Source: Acidobacteriota bacterium
Lineage (GTDB): Bacteria; Acidobacteriota; UBA4820
Assembly: GCA_029559035.1 (NCBI GenBank)
Contig: JAKQCT010000011.1
Span: 1,512 to 65,511, forward strand
Reading direction: 5' to 3'
Length of the DNA: 64,000 nucleotides
Shown here: positions 1-8,971 of the stretch, in pieces
Numbering within the stretch: the first letter of the stretch is position 1
How the letters are laid out: each line of letters begins with the position of its first letter
Position numbers and translations under genes: made by a program
Notes under the pieces: model-generated
Told to the model about the DNA's origin: nothing
What the model saw: only the letters and a program-made list of their open reading frames with translations
Databases searched by the model: none

Positions 1-1263
1 CGTTATGTTGTTGCCGAGGGCTCCGCAGCCGAGCGTCAGCGCGGGTGGAAGGTTGGTCGTGTAGCCTATCGCTCCGAGGGTCGAGGGGGTGTTGACCAGT
101 ATCCTGAATGCGGGTTTCTTCAGGGCGAATTCTCTTACGACGTTCATGTCCTGGGTGTGAAGGGACATCGTGTGGCCGAGGCCGCCGTATTTGAGGATGT
201 CGATGCATCTTCTGCATCCAGCTTCCCAGCCGTCCTCTTCGAAGTAGGTGAGGATGGGGGAGAGCTTTTCGAGGGTGAGAGGGTGGTCCTTTCCCACGCC
301 GTTCTCCGGGACTATCAGCGCTTTCGTCGCCCGCGGGACTTCAAAGCCCGCCATAGAGGCGATGACGAACGGTGATTTCGCGACGATCTTCGGGTTGAGG
401 TTGCCGTTCTTGTCCACAACAAGCTCTTCGAGCAAAGCCTTTTCGGCCGCGCTGACGAAATGACACCCCTCGGCCTTGAACAGCTCTCTGGCTTTTTCCG
501 CCACGGGGAGGTCGACTATCACGGTCTGCTCGCTGGCACAGATGGTCCCCCAGTCGAAGCTCTTCCCGAGGACAACATCCTTGACCGCTTTCCTGATGTC
601 CGCGGTCCTCTCGATGAAGGCCGGGACGTTGCCCGGGCCGACCCCGTAAGCAGGCTTGCCGCTGGAGTAAGCAGCCCTCACGAGGCCGAGGCCTCCAGTG
701 GCGAGGATGACGTTAGTGAGCCTGTGCTTCATCAGTGCCTGAGTGTCCTCTATCTTGGGGTCCGGAATTATCCCGATGATCCCTCTTGGGGCGCCAGCGT
801 CCACGGCTGCGTCGTGAAGGGAGTCCGCCACCGCCTTGATGCAGAGCTTCGCGAATGGATGGGGGGAGAGGACGATCCCGTTCCTCGCCTTGAGCGAGAT
901 CATGATCTTGTAGATGGCCGTGGATGTGGGGTTGGTCGAGGGGATGACCGCGGCGACTATCCCCATCGGCACCGCAACTTCGTAGATGCCCGAGGCGGGG
1001 TTCGACGAGATGAAGCCGGTCGTCCTCATGGTCCTTATGTACTTGTAGACGTCCTCGGCGGCGAAACGGTTCTTGACGGTCTTGTCCTCGGTCTTGCCGT
1101 AGCCGGTCTCCTCGTGGGCCATCCGCGCCCATTTCTCGAGGTTCGGCATGGAGGCGTTGTGTATCGCGTCTATTATCCTGTCGACCTTTTCTTCTGAGAA
1201 TTCGGCGAAAAGTGCCTGCGCCCTGTGGACTTCTTCAAGGATCCTGTCGATGTGACCGCTCAT
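1..1263 (-). CDS. CoA-acylating aldehyde dehydrogenase (EutE/PduP/AdhE-N-terminal family); C-terminus lies beyond the left window edge
   Basis: Absent from ORF track because no stop lies in the window. Hand translation of the minus strand from ATG 1263-1261 stays open to nt 1: [87 protein letters not shown] (catalytic-Cys context of acylating ALDHs)..[13 protein letters not shown]. The ATG overlaps the stop of the upstream BMC-H gene (ATGA). Confidence 0.85.
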   Translation of the reverse strand, partial: MSGHIDRILEEVHRAQALFAEFSEEKVDRIIDAIHNASMPNLEKWARMAHEETGYGKTEDKTVKNRFAAEDVYKYIRTMRTTGFISSNPASGIYEVAVPMGIVAAVIPSTNPTSTAIYKIMISLKARNGIVLSPHPFAKLCIKAVADSLHDAAVDAGAPRGIIGIIPDPKIEDTQALMKHRLTNVILATGGLGLVRAAYSSGKPAYGVGPGNVPAFIERTADIRKAVKDVVLGKSFDWGTICASEQTVIVDLPVAEKARELFKAEGCHFVSAAEKALLEELVVDKNGNLNPKIVAKSPFVIASMAGFEVPRATKALIVPENGVGKDHPLTLEKLSPILTYFEEDGWEAGCRRCIDILKYGGLGHTMSLHTQDMNVVREFALKKPAFRILVNTPSTLGAIGYTTNLPPALTLGCGALGNNIT

Positions 1264-1559
1264 TTTTTACCCCCGGCACCAGGTTTCCTGGGCAGAATCT
1301 TTTCGATATCGGGATACGGCATCGGTATGACATGCCAGGCGACCAGTTCCGAGATCCGCCTCGCGGCGGCCCTGCCGGCCTCGACCGCGGCGCTTACGGC
1401 TCCGACATCCCCCCTCACCACCACCGAAACGAGGGTTCCGTCGACATTCCTGTAGCCCACGAGCTCGACCCCGGCCGTCTTGACCATCGCGTCGGCGGCT
1501 TCTATCGCCCCGACCAGTCCCTTGGTCTCGATCATGCCCAGCGCTTCGCCGTAAACCAT
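1260..1559 (-). CDS. Bacterial microcompartment shell protein, BMC-H (PduA/EutM/CcmK type)
   Basis: 99 aa. [53 protein letters not shown] is the canonical BMC-H core. AGGAG lies 9 nt upstream of the ATG. It is the first gene of its operon (484 nt of non-coding DNA upstream). Confidence 0.95.
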   Translation of the reverse strand: MVYGEALGMIETKGLVGAIEAADAMVKTAGVELVGYRNVDGTLVSVVVRGDVGAVSAAVEAGRAAARRISELVAWHVIPMPYPDIEKILPRKPGAGGKK

Positions 1560-1778
1560 CGTTTCGAACTCCTGTTAAAAAATGATTTTACCAGATATCG
1601 GCCTTAAATGCTCTAATGAGTTCGGGGCACAATTTGGCGCCTTCCGGCATCCTTGCCTTGTGGTCTTGATCCCTATCATTAAAACAGGGCAACAGTTTCA
1701 GGGGGCAATCACTCCGTTTCTTCAGTACAGGGTTACATCTTGGGCGTAATTACCTGAAAATAAAGGATATAATGCCTC

Positions 1779-1807
1779 TTGACAAAGCGCCGTTTCGAAC
1801 CTATATT
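1779..1807 (+). promoter_or_regulatory. Near-consensus sigma70-type promoter
   Basis: TTGACA (1779-1784), 17-nt spacer, TATATT (1802-1807). Faces the small ORF and terminator that follow. Confidence 0.55.
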
Positions 1808-1834
1808 ATTTTAGCTTGGAAGATCGGAGGCTTA

Positions 1835-2002
1835 ATGGCGAAAAAAAGCACTTTTTTGATAACGCCACTCCCCGTGAAACCTAAAAATTTCAGCGAGAAG
1901 TTCTTTATCAAGAAGATGAAGGAAACAGAAAGGCTTGCTGGCTCCTCCTTCAAAGATTCCAAACCTCCGGAGGCCAGGAAGTCGCCCTCCAGGGAACAGT
2001 AA
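1835..2002 (+). CDS. Hypothetical 55-aa lysine-rich small protein (alternatively part of a non-coding RNA)
   Basis: GGAGG (1826-1830) lies 4 nt before ATG 1835. Product: MAKKSTFLITPLPVKPKNFSEKFFIKKMKETERLAGSSFKDSKPPEARKSPSREQ. No family recognised. Track ORF 1772..2002 is the same frame, but its ATG lies upstream of the promoter. Confidence 0.35.
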   Translation: MAKKSTFLITPLPVKPKNFSEKFFIKKMKETERLAGSSFKDSKPPEARKSPSREQ

Positions 2003-2023
2003 CCGGTTTCCGATAGGGTCTGA

Positions 2024-2053
2024 GGCGGCGGGAAACCGCCGCCTTATTTTTTT
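2024..2053 (+). terminator. Rho-independent terminator (GNRA-loop hairpin plus T-run)
   Basis: GGCGGCGG (2024-2031), GAAA loop, CCGCCGCC (2036-2043), then TTATTTTTTT. The T-run overlaps the last codons of the convergent udg gene. Confidence 0.8.
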
Positions 2054-2730
2054 GAAGGGATCGGGATCCCCAGTTTTTTCAGGACTTCCTGTATGTCTTC
2101 CCAGACTTCGGCTTTCGCCGCGGGATTCCTCAGCAGATAACTCGGGTGGAAAGTGGGCATTACCGGGATGTCGTTGTAGGAGGTCCATCGGCCCCTAAGC
2201 TGGCCGATCGGCTCCGCTCTCTGAAGCAGGTAAAGCACCGCGATCTTCCCGAGGCAGATGATGACTTCGGGGTTCACCGCCGCGATCTGCGCCTTCAGGA
2301 ACGGGAGGCATTCGATCGCCTCTGCCGGCTTCGGGTTCCTGTTCTCCGGAGGCCTGCATTTGACTATGTTGGCGATATAGACGTCCTCCCTCCTGAGCCC
2401 CATCCCGCCTGTTATTATCTTCGTGAGGAGCTGTCCGGCCCTTCCCACGAAAGGCTCGCCCTGGTTGTCCTCTTCTTCGCCGGGCCCCTCTCCTACGAAA
2501 AGTATCCTTGCTCCCGGGTCTCCGACGCCGAAGACGATGTTCTTCCTTGTCTCGCACAGTTCGCATCTCTTGCAGTTGCCGATGCGCTTCCTCAGCTTCT
2601 CGAGGGTTTCCGCGGGGTCGCGCTCTTTCTCTTCCGGCTCCGCGGACTCTCTCCTGAAACCGTATCCGGCCCCGAACTGTTTCAGCAGATCTCCTCTTGC
2701 CTTGAGCTGCTTATCGATGGGGTTCTTCAT
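2044..2730 (-). CDS. udg: Uracil-DNA glycosylase, family 4
   Basis: 228 aa. Fe-S Cys cluster CKRCELC; VGEGPGEEEDNQGEPFVGRAG; HPSYLLRNP near the C-terminus. Confidence 0.9.
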   Translation of the reverse strand: MKNPIDKQLKARGDLLKQFGAGYGFRRESAEPEEKERDPAETLEKLRKRIGNCKRCELCETRKNIVFGVGDPGARILFVGEGPGEEEDNQGEPFVGRAGQLLTKIITGGMGLRREDVYIANIVKCRPPENRNPKPAEAIECLPFLKAQIAAVNPEVIICLGKIAVLYLLQRAEPIGQLRGRWTSYNDIPVMPTFHPSYLLRNPAAKAEVWEDIQEVLKKLGIPIPSKK

Positions 2731-3914
2731 TTTCCGCGCTTTTTAAGAACGGCGTCCAGGAGCCTCGCCGCGAGCTCCGATTTGGAGGCTTTTCCGAGCT
2801 TCTCGGCCTTTCCTCCCGCCCAGATCAGGGTGATCTCGTTCTGTTCGGAGGCGAAGCCGGAATCTTCTCCGGACACGTCGTTCAGGGCGATCAGATCGAC
2901 GCCCTTGTCGCCGAGCTTGCGCTTCGCGTTCTGCATGTGGTTCCCGATCTCGGCGGCGAACCCGCAGAACACCTGGCCTTTTTTCTTCTTCGCGGCGACA
3001 TCTTTAAGTATGTCGGCCGTCGGGACGAGTTTGAGGCTGAAGGCGCCCTCTTTCCTCGACCTCTTCCCGGCGGATATCTTTTCCGGAGCGAAATCGGAGG
3101 GAGCCGCGGCCATGAAGAGATAGTCGCATTTCGGGGCGTGCGCCTTCACGGCGCGGGACAGCTCGTCCGTGGTCTCGACCATCACGAGCCTTACCCTGGC
3201 TGGGGGCTCGATCTCCGTCGGGCCGCTGATGAGAGTAACTTCCGCTCCTCTCCTCTGCGCGGCTTCGGCTATGCGGTAACCCATCCTGCCGGTCGAAGGG
3301 TTCGAGATGAACCTCACCTGGTCGAGGTATTCGCGGGTCGGCCCCGCAGTCACGACGACGCTCTTTCCCGTCAGGTCCATCGGCCTGATTAGAGTGAGAG
3401 CCTTTTCGACGATCGCTTCGGGGTCGGCGAGCGCGCCCACATCCTCTTCCCCGCAGGCCAGCGATCCCCTCTTCGGGCCGATGAAAGCGACCCCGCGGTT
3501 CTCGAGTATGGCGACGTTCTCCCTGACCGCGGCGGCGCGCCACATCCTTCCGTTCATCGCGGGGGCTATAAGGCAGGGTGCCGTGCTGGCGAGGTAGTGG
3601 GTCGTTAGGAAATCGTCGGCCACGCCCGAGGTGAACTTGCCAATGACGTTTGCCGTGGCGGGAGCCACCACGAAAAGCTCCTCCCACTTCGCGATCTCGA
3701 TGTGTTCTATCGAGCGGGCGCTCCTCTCGGAGAAAAGTTCCACCGCGACGGGATTGCCGGAGAGGGCTTCGAATACGACGGGCGAAACGAGCCTGGCCGC
3801 GTTACCGGTCATGATCACCCTGACTTCGCAGCCGCGCTCCCTGAACCTCCTGACGATCTCGCAAGCTTTGTAAACCGCAATGCTGGAGGAGACTCCCAGC
3901 GTGACATTGGCCAT
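2727..3914 (-). CDS. coaBC: Bifunctional phosphopantothenoylcysteine decarboxylase / phosphopantothenate-cysteine ligase
   Basis: 395 aa. N-terminal flavoprotein part (GVSSSIAVYKACEIVR). C-terminal synthetase part (VTAGPTREYLDQVRFISNPSTGRMG, AAAPSDF). Start overlaps the udg end by 4 nt. Confidence 0.95.
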   Translation of the reverse strand: MANVTLGVSSSIAVYKACEIVRRFRERGCEVRVIMTGNAARLVSPVVFEALSGNPVAVELFSERSARSIEHIEIAKWEELFVVAPATANVIGKFTSGVADDFLTTHYLASTAPCLIAPAMNGRMWRAAAVRENVAILENRGVAFIGPKRGSLACGEEDVGALADPEAIVEKALTLIRPMDLTGKSVVVTAGPTREYLDQVRFISNPSTGRMGYRIAEAAQRRGAEVTLISGPTEIEPPARVRLVMVETTDELSRAVKAHAPKCDYLFMAAAPSDFAPEKISAGKRSRKEGAFSLKLVPTADILKDVAAKKKKGQVFCGFAAEIGNHMQNAKRKLGDKGVDLIALNDVSGEDSGFASEQNEITLIWAGGKAEKLGKASKSELAARLLDAVLKKRGK

Positions 3915-3917
3915 CCG

Positions 3918-5684
3918 TCACTCCTTCACTGTCTTTATCTTCAGCTCGTCGAGCTGGCGCTCGTCCACCGAGGACGGGGACGAAGTCATCAGGCAGAGCC
4001 CCGAGGTCGTTTTCGGGAAAGGTATGACATCCCTTATCGAATCGCACCCTAGAAGCAGCATGACCAGCCTGTCCAGCCCGAAGGCTATGCCGCCGTGCGG
4101 CGGCGTCCCGTACCTGAAAGCCTGGAGAAGGAAACCGAACCTCTCGTGCGCCTGTTCTTCCGAAAACCCGAGAGCCTTGAAGACCTTCTTCTGGATGTCT
4201 TCCCGGTGGATCCTGATCGAGCCTCCGCCGATCTCGCAGCCGTCCATCACCATGTCGTAGGCGAGCGCCTCGATCTTCGACGCGTCGCCGTCGAGTAGCG
4301 GGATGTCCTCGTCGCGGACCATCGTGAACGGGTGGTGGCAGGCGACATACCTTGTCTCCTCGGGAGACCATTCGAAAGCGGGGAAACGGTGCACCCAGAT
4401 GAGCGCGTGCTTTGAGCTGTCGATCATCCCCAGCTCCCTGCCGTAATGGAGCCTCAGGGCCGAGAGAGAGGCGCACGCCACGGTGTACGGGGCGGCGACG
4501 ATCAGCGCCGTAGAACCTTCCTTCGCTCCGAGGGCGTCGAGTATCTTCAGCGCCGTCTCTTCGCCTATGTGTTTGACGGCGGAGCCCACGGGCTTGCCGT
4601 CGGTCCTGGATATCGCGAGGACCCCTTTAGCGCCGTAAGGTTTCGCTATCTCTTCAAGGTTGGAAAGGTCCTTCCGTGAAACTGCCGTGCCGGGAGGAAG
4701 GGCGAAGCCTCTCACGGCTCCTCCGCTCTCGAGAGCCGATTTGAAGACGCCGAAGCCGGATCCTTTCGCGAGTTCGGTAACGGTGACAAGTTCCAGGCCG
4801 AACCTCACGTCCGGCTTGTCGCAGCCGTACCTCTCCATCGCGTCGCTGTAAGTTATTTTCGGGACGGCCTCCTGCGGTTTTAAAGAGAGTTCCTCGAAAA
4901 GGCTCGCGACGAGCCTTTCGGCGAGCCCCATCACCGCGGCCTCGGTCGGGAAGGACATCTCGATGTCTATCTGCGTGAACTCGGGCTGACGGTCGGCCCT
5001 GAGGTCCTCGTCGCGGAAGCACCTGACGACCTGGAAGTACTTGTCGAACCCGGCGACCATCGAGAGCTGTTTGAAAAGCTGGGGCGACTGCGGAAGCGCG
5101 TAGAAGTTGCCCGGGCGGAGTCTGCTGGGGACGAGGAAATCCCTCGCGCCCTCGGGTGTCGATTTCGTCAGGCAGGGAGTTTCGATCTCGATGAAGCCTT
5201 CCTCGGTCAGCTTCTGCCTCGCCTTCTGCGTGAGCTTGTGGCGCATCTGGATCCTCTGGCTCTGGAGCGGCCTCCTCAGGTCGAGATACCGGTACTGCAG
5301 CCTCAGCTCCTCGCTGACGATCGCCTGGTCCTCGATCGGGAAGGGCGGTGTCTCGGCTTCGGAGAATATCTCCATCCGCGAGACCTCGACTTCTATTTCT
5401 CCCGTCGGCATGTGCGGATTCTTGTCCTTCTCGCCCCTGAAGGCGACCGTTCCCTCGACGCCGATGACGAATTCCGATCTTAGAGTTTTCGCCTGCAGGA
5501 AGCCCTTCGGGTCCCTGTCGTCCGAAAAGACGAGCTGGGTGATGCCGCTCCTGTCGCGAAGGTCCACGAATATCAGGCTCCCCAGGTCGCGCTGTCTCCT
5601 GACCCAGCCGAGCATGATAACCTTTTTCCCGACGTCGCTCCCCCGGAGGTCGCCGCAGTAATGAGTCCTTTCAGTGCAGTTCAT
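3918..5684 (-). CDS. aspS: Aspartyl-tRNA synthetase
   Basis: 588 aa. Class IIb motifs FRDEDLRADRQPEFTQID, GGGSIRIH, GLDRLVMLL. Confidence 0.97.
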   Translation of the reverse strand: MNCTERTHYCGDLRGSDVGKKVIMLGWVRRQRDLGSLIFVDLRDRSGITQLVFSDDRDPKGFLQAKTLRSEFVIGVEGTVAFRGEKDKNPHMPTGEIEVEVSRMEIFSEAETPPFPIEDQAIVSEELRLQYRYLDLRRPLQSQRIQMRHKLTQKARQKLTEEGFIEIETPCLTKSTPEGARDFLVPSRLRPGNFYALPQSPQLFKQLSMVAGFDKYFQVVRCFRDEDLRADRQPEFTQIDIEMSFPTEAAVMGLAERLVASLFEELSLKPQEAVPKITYSDAMERYGCDKPDVRFGLELVTVTELAKGSGFGVFKSALESGGAVRGFALPPGTAVSRKDLSNLEEIAKPYGAKGVLAISRTDGKPVGSAVKHIGEETALKILDALGAKEGSTALIVAAPYTVACASLSALRLHYGRELGMIDSSKHALIWVHRFPAFEWSPEETRYVACHHPFTMVRDEDIPLLDGDASKIEALAYDMVMDGCEIGGGSIRIHREDIQKKVFKALGFSEEQAHERFGFLLQAFRYGTPPHGGIAFGLDRLVMLLLGCDSIRDVIPFPKTTSGLCLMTSSPSSVDERQLDELKIKTVKE

Positions 5685-5702
5685 TTCAAAGCTCCGTTCC
5701 GT

Positions 5703-6947
5703 TCAACTGTTCGACATGAAGAAAGATGCCGCCTCTTCGACGCCGAAGGCGAACTGCTCTCCGCTTTCGAGGTTCTTCACCGTCAGCCTTTCCGCCTTTA
5801 TCTCGTCCTCGCCGACTATGACCGCGAACTTGACGTTCAGCCTGTCGGCCCTTTTCATCGAGTTCTTGACCGATCTCTCTTCTCCGTCGATTATCACGGG
5901 GACGCCTTTTTCCCTCAGCTTCGAGGCGATCCTCAAGGCCGGCTTGTAAAGTTCCCCGCCCATCCACGCGATGTAGACCTCCGGTTCTCTCTTCTCTTCT
6001 CCCGCGGGGGTGATCAATGCAAGCCTTTCCAGTCCGAGCGCCCATCCGAAAGATGGCAGGGCCGGCCCGCCGAGCTGGCCGAGGAGGCCGTCGTACCTGC
6101 CTCCGCCGAGAAGGGCATCCTGCGCGCCGAGAAGAGGGCTTATCATCTCGAAGACGGTCTTCTTGTAGTAGTCGAGGCCCCTGACGAGTCTCGGCCAGGG
6201 GACGAAAGGCACTTCGAACTCCGAAAGGAGGTTTTTCACCTCCTCGAAATGAGCCGCACATTCATCGCAAAGGCATTCGGAGATCTTCGGCGCTTCCGTC
6301 AAGACCGGCTGGCAGGAGGGCACTTTGCAGTCGAGGACCCTCAGAGGGTTCGTTTCGAGCCGTCTCCGGCAGTCCTGGCAGAGTTCGCCGCTCCTTCCGG
6401 CAAGAGCTTCCCTCAGCTTTTCAGTGTACGCCGGGCGGCACCTGGGGCATCCGACGGAATTGATCCTTACCTCCACCTGGGCGATCCCGAGCCTGCGCAT
6501 CAGCTCCCTGCCGATGGTTATGCATTCGAAGTCGCATCCGGGGCTGGCGTCGCCCAGCGCTTCGATGCCGATCTGGTGGAACTGGCGGTACCTTCCCTTT
6601 TGCGGCCTTTCGTACCTGAACTGGGGGCCGATGTAGTAGAGCCGGGAATGCCTCGCCGAATCGTGGAGCCGGTTCTCGACGACCGACCTCATCACGCCGG
6701 CCGTGTATTCCGGCCTTAGGGTGAGCGATCGCCCCTTCTTGTCCTGGAAGGTGTACATCTCCTTGCTGACGATGTCGGTCTCGTCGCCGACGCTTCTCAC
6801 GAAAAGCTCGGTGTGTTCCATGACGGGGGTCCTTATCTCGCTGTATCCGTAAAGCGCGAAAAGCTCCCTCGCCGCGGCCTCGATCCTGTGCCAGGCCTTT
6901 ATTTCCGGAAAATAGAGGTCCTGCGTTCCCTTGACTCCGTTTATCAT
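5703..6947 (-). CDS. hisS: Histidyl-tRNA synthetase
   Basis: 414 aa. MYTFQDKKGRSLTLRPE, YYIGPQFRYERPQKGRYRQFHQ, GGGRYDGL. Confidence 0.97.
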   Translation of the reverse strand: MINGVKGTQDLYFPEIKAWHRIEAAARELFALYGYSEIRTPVMEHTELFVRSVGDETDIVSKEMYTFQDKKGRSLTLRPEYTAGVMRSVVENRLHDSARHSRLYYIGPQFRYERPQKGRYRQFHQIGIEALGDASPGCDFECITIGRELMRRLGIAQVEVRINSVGCPRCRPAYTEKLREALAGRSGELCQDCRRRLETNPLRVLDCKVPSCQPVLTEAPKISECLCDECAAHFEEVKNLLSEFEVPFVPWPRLVRGLDYYKKTVFEMISPLLGAQDALLGGGRYDGLLGQLGGPALPSFGWALGLERLALITPAGEEKREPEVYIAWMGGELYKPALRIASKLREKGVPVIIDGEERSVKNSMKRADRLNVKFAVIVGEDEIKAERLTVKNLESGEQFAFGVEEAASFFMSNS

Positions 6948-7005
6948 CGATAAGCTCCCAAAACAAGAAGAATATCACAAGAGGCGGGCTCATATGAACT
7001 TGGGT

Positions 7006-7034
7006 TTGCGTGAAAGCCGCCCTTCAAATACAAT
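7006..7034 (+). promoter_or_regulatory. Candidate sigma70-type promoter for the FeS/NrfD/kinase/cytochrome operon
   Basis: TTGCGT (7006-7011), 17 nt, TACAAT (7029-7034), about 30 nt upstream of ATG 7066. Confidence 0.4.
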
Positions 7035-7065
7035 TTAATGAGCCCGGGTTCCGGGCGGAAAGGCG

Positions 7066-7818
7066 ATGACCATGGGCTGCGGTTTGCTGTTCGACCAGAC
7101 CCTGTGCCTCGGATGCGGCGCGTGCGAGCTCGCCTGCCAGAAAGAACACGGCCAGCCACCTCACAAGGCGGTGAAGCTTGACGCGGATAGTTTCACTTTC
7201 GTCGGCAGGGTGGAGGGCGGCTATTTCCAGCGCCACCTCTGCATGCACTGCGGAGACCCCGCCTGCGCCTCCGTCTGCCCCGTGTCGGCGCTCCGGATAA
7301 CGAAAGAAGGGGCTGTCGTTTATGACGCCTCCATCTGCCTCGGCTGCAGGTACTGCGTCATGGCGTGTCCTTTTCTCATTCCAAAGTACGAGTGGAACTC
7401 GCCCTTCCCGCGAGTGCGGAAGTGCGACCTGTGCTACGAGGGCAGGGTATCAAAGGGCGAAGAGCCCGCCTGCGCCTCCGTTTGTCCGAACGGCGCAACC
7501 GTTTTCGGAGAGCGGGCGGAACTCCTGCGGATAGCGAAAGGCAGGATCCAGAGGGAGCCGGAGAAGTACATCGACGAGGTTTACGGGGAATATCAGGCCG
7601 GAGGGACATCGGTGATGATGATCCTCGGGAAGACGACAGCCGCATCAGGACTGCGGGAAGGGGTGCTCCTCGATGCTCTCCCTCCTCTGACGGGGAGGAT
7701 GCTGAGGAAGATCCCCGTCGCGGTGCCTGTCGTTGGATTGATGCTGGCGGGGTTCTATTTCCTCACCAAGAGAAAGAACGACATCGCGAAGGAAGAAGAG
7801 GAGGAGAAGAATGGCTAG
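7066..7818 (+). CDS. Four-cluster [4Fe-4S] ferredoxin-type subunit, NrfC/HybA/DmsB family, with C-terminal TM anchor
   Basis: 250 aa. Four Cys groups: CLGCGACELAC, CMHCGDPACASVCP, CLGCRYCVMACP, CDLC..CASVCP. C-terminal helix IPVAVPVVGLMLAGFYFLT. An in-frame stop 27 nt upstream excludes an N-terminal Tat signal. Confidence 0.9.
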   Translation: MTMGCGLLFDQTLCLGCGACELACQKEHGQPPHKAVKLDADSFTFVGRVEGGYFQRHLCMHCGDPACASVCPVSALRITKEGAVVYDASICLGCRYCVMACPFLIPKYEWNSPFPRVRKCDLCYEGRVSKGEEPACASVCPNGATVFGERAELLRIAKGRIQREPEKYIDEVYGEYQAGGTSVMMILGKTTAASGLREGVLLDALPPLTGRMLRKIPVAVPVVGLMLAGFYFLTKRKNDIAKEEEEEKNG

Positions 7819-8971
7819 AGGAAGAAAGCCTTTCCTGCTCGTCCTCGCCGCGATTCCGGCGCTCCCGGCTTACATTCTTTTCATGAGGTTCGTCCACGGC
7901 CTTGGCGCGGTGACCAACCTCACAGACGACATGCCGTGGGGATTATGGAAAGCGTTCAACGTCTTCTCCGGCGTCGCTCTGGCGTCGGGAGGGTTCACTA
8001 TAACCGCGGCCGTCGTGATATTTCATCTCGAGAAGTTCAGGCCCGTAGTCCGCCCCGCGGTCCTTACGGCCTTCATCGGCTACATGATGGTGATCCTCTC
8101 TCTGGTTGTCGATGTCGGCAGGCCGTGGAACCTCTGGCGCCCCCTCTTTTACTGGAACGAACGGTCGGTCCTCTGGGAGGTCGGGCTGTGCGTCATCTTC
8201 TATACGACGGTCCTTTTCCTCGAATTCCTTCCGCTTGTTTGGGAAAAGCTGGGGTTCCGGGGAGGCATCAGGTTCTGGGGTTGGCTGACCCCTGTCTTCG
8301 TGATCGCGGGCGTGACGCTTTCGTTCCTGCACCAGTCGTCGCTGGGCTCCGTTTACCTGATCGTCCCCGGAAAGCTGCATCCGCTCTGGTATTCTCCCGC
8401 TCTTCCGTTGTTCTTCTTCCTTTCCTCCGTCGCCCTGGGGCTCGCCGTCACATCCTGCGGCGCTCACTATTCCTCGAGGGCTTTCGGAAAGAGCTTCGAG
8501 CCTCTCATAACCGAGAGTCTTGGCAGGGCGACCGCCGTCGTCATGATCATCTATCTCGCTGCAAGGACTCTCGATCTCGGGATGAGGGGGAACCTCGACA
8601 AAGCCTTCCGGATGGACACCGCGTCTCTTTTCTTCCAGGCGGAAACTGCCTTGCTGGGGCTTCTTCCCGCAGCGCTTCTCCTTTTCCCCGCTTTCAGGCG
8701 GGATCCGGGTCGGGTCGCGGGGGCGCAGGCGACGGTGGTCCTCGGGATAGTTCTTAACAGGATGAACGTGACGCTAACCGCCTTTCAATTGGGAACCGGG
8801 GCTCGTTACATCCCCCATGTTTTCGAGGTCGCCGTATCGCTTATCATCCTTTGCGCGGGGTCTGCCCTTTTTTACCTGGCCGTGAAACACCTGCCCGTTT
8901 TCGGGGCCGGGGAGAGCATATCAAGCCCCCCTGCACATAAAGCCCCTGAAAAGGTTAGAATGGGAACATGA
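7811..8971 (+). CDS. NrfD/PsrC/HmcC-family polytopic quinone-interacting membrane subunit
   Basis: 386 aa, at least 8 hydrophobic helices. N-terminal WGLWKAFNVFSGVALASGGFTI is typical of the NrfD family. Overlaps the upstream gene by 8 nt. Confidence 0.8.
   Translation: MARGRKPFLLVLAAIPALPAYILFMRFVHGLGAVTNLTDDMPWGLWKAFNVFSGVALASGGFTITAAVVIFHLEKFRPVVRPAVLTAFIGYMMVILSLVVDVGRPWNLWRPLFYWNERSVLWEVGLCVIFYTTVLFLEFLPLVWEKLGFRGGIRFWGWLTPVFVIAGVTLSFLHQSSLGSVYLIVPGKLHPLWYSPALPLFFFLSSVALGLAVTSCGAHYSSRAFGKSFEPLITESLGRATAVVMIIYLAARTLDLGMRGNLDKAFRMDTASLFFQAETALLGLLPAALLLFPAFRRDPGRVAGAQATVVLGIVLNRMNVTLTAFQLGTGARYIPHVFEVAVSLIILCAGSALFYLAVKHLPVFGAGESISSPPAHKAPEKVRMGT

Noticed and set aside
1620-1640. Sigma54-type promoter (GG-N10-GC in TTCGGGGCACAATTTGGCGCC)
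   Set aside because: Only the minimal GG/GC spacing fits. The flanking bases (gGGgca / tgGCg) match TGGCAC/TTGCW poorly, and no obvious downstream target exists.
1772-1834. ATG 1772 as the start of the small ORF (76-aa version in the track)
   Set aside because: It lies upstream of the -35 box of the only good promoter and has no RBS. ATG 1835 has GGAGG at the proper distance.
1814-2053. Identity of the small transcript with 6S, SRP (4.5S or long type), RNase P or tmRNA
   Set aside because: The length is wrong for RNase P and tmRNA. I could not find the SRP domain IV consensus (GGAA tetraloop context ..GUCCGGAAGGAAGCAGCC..). 6S cannot be judged without covariance models. It is left as unassigned in the findings.
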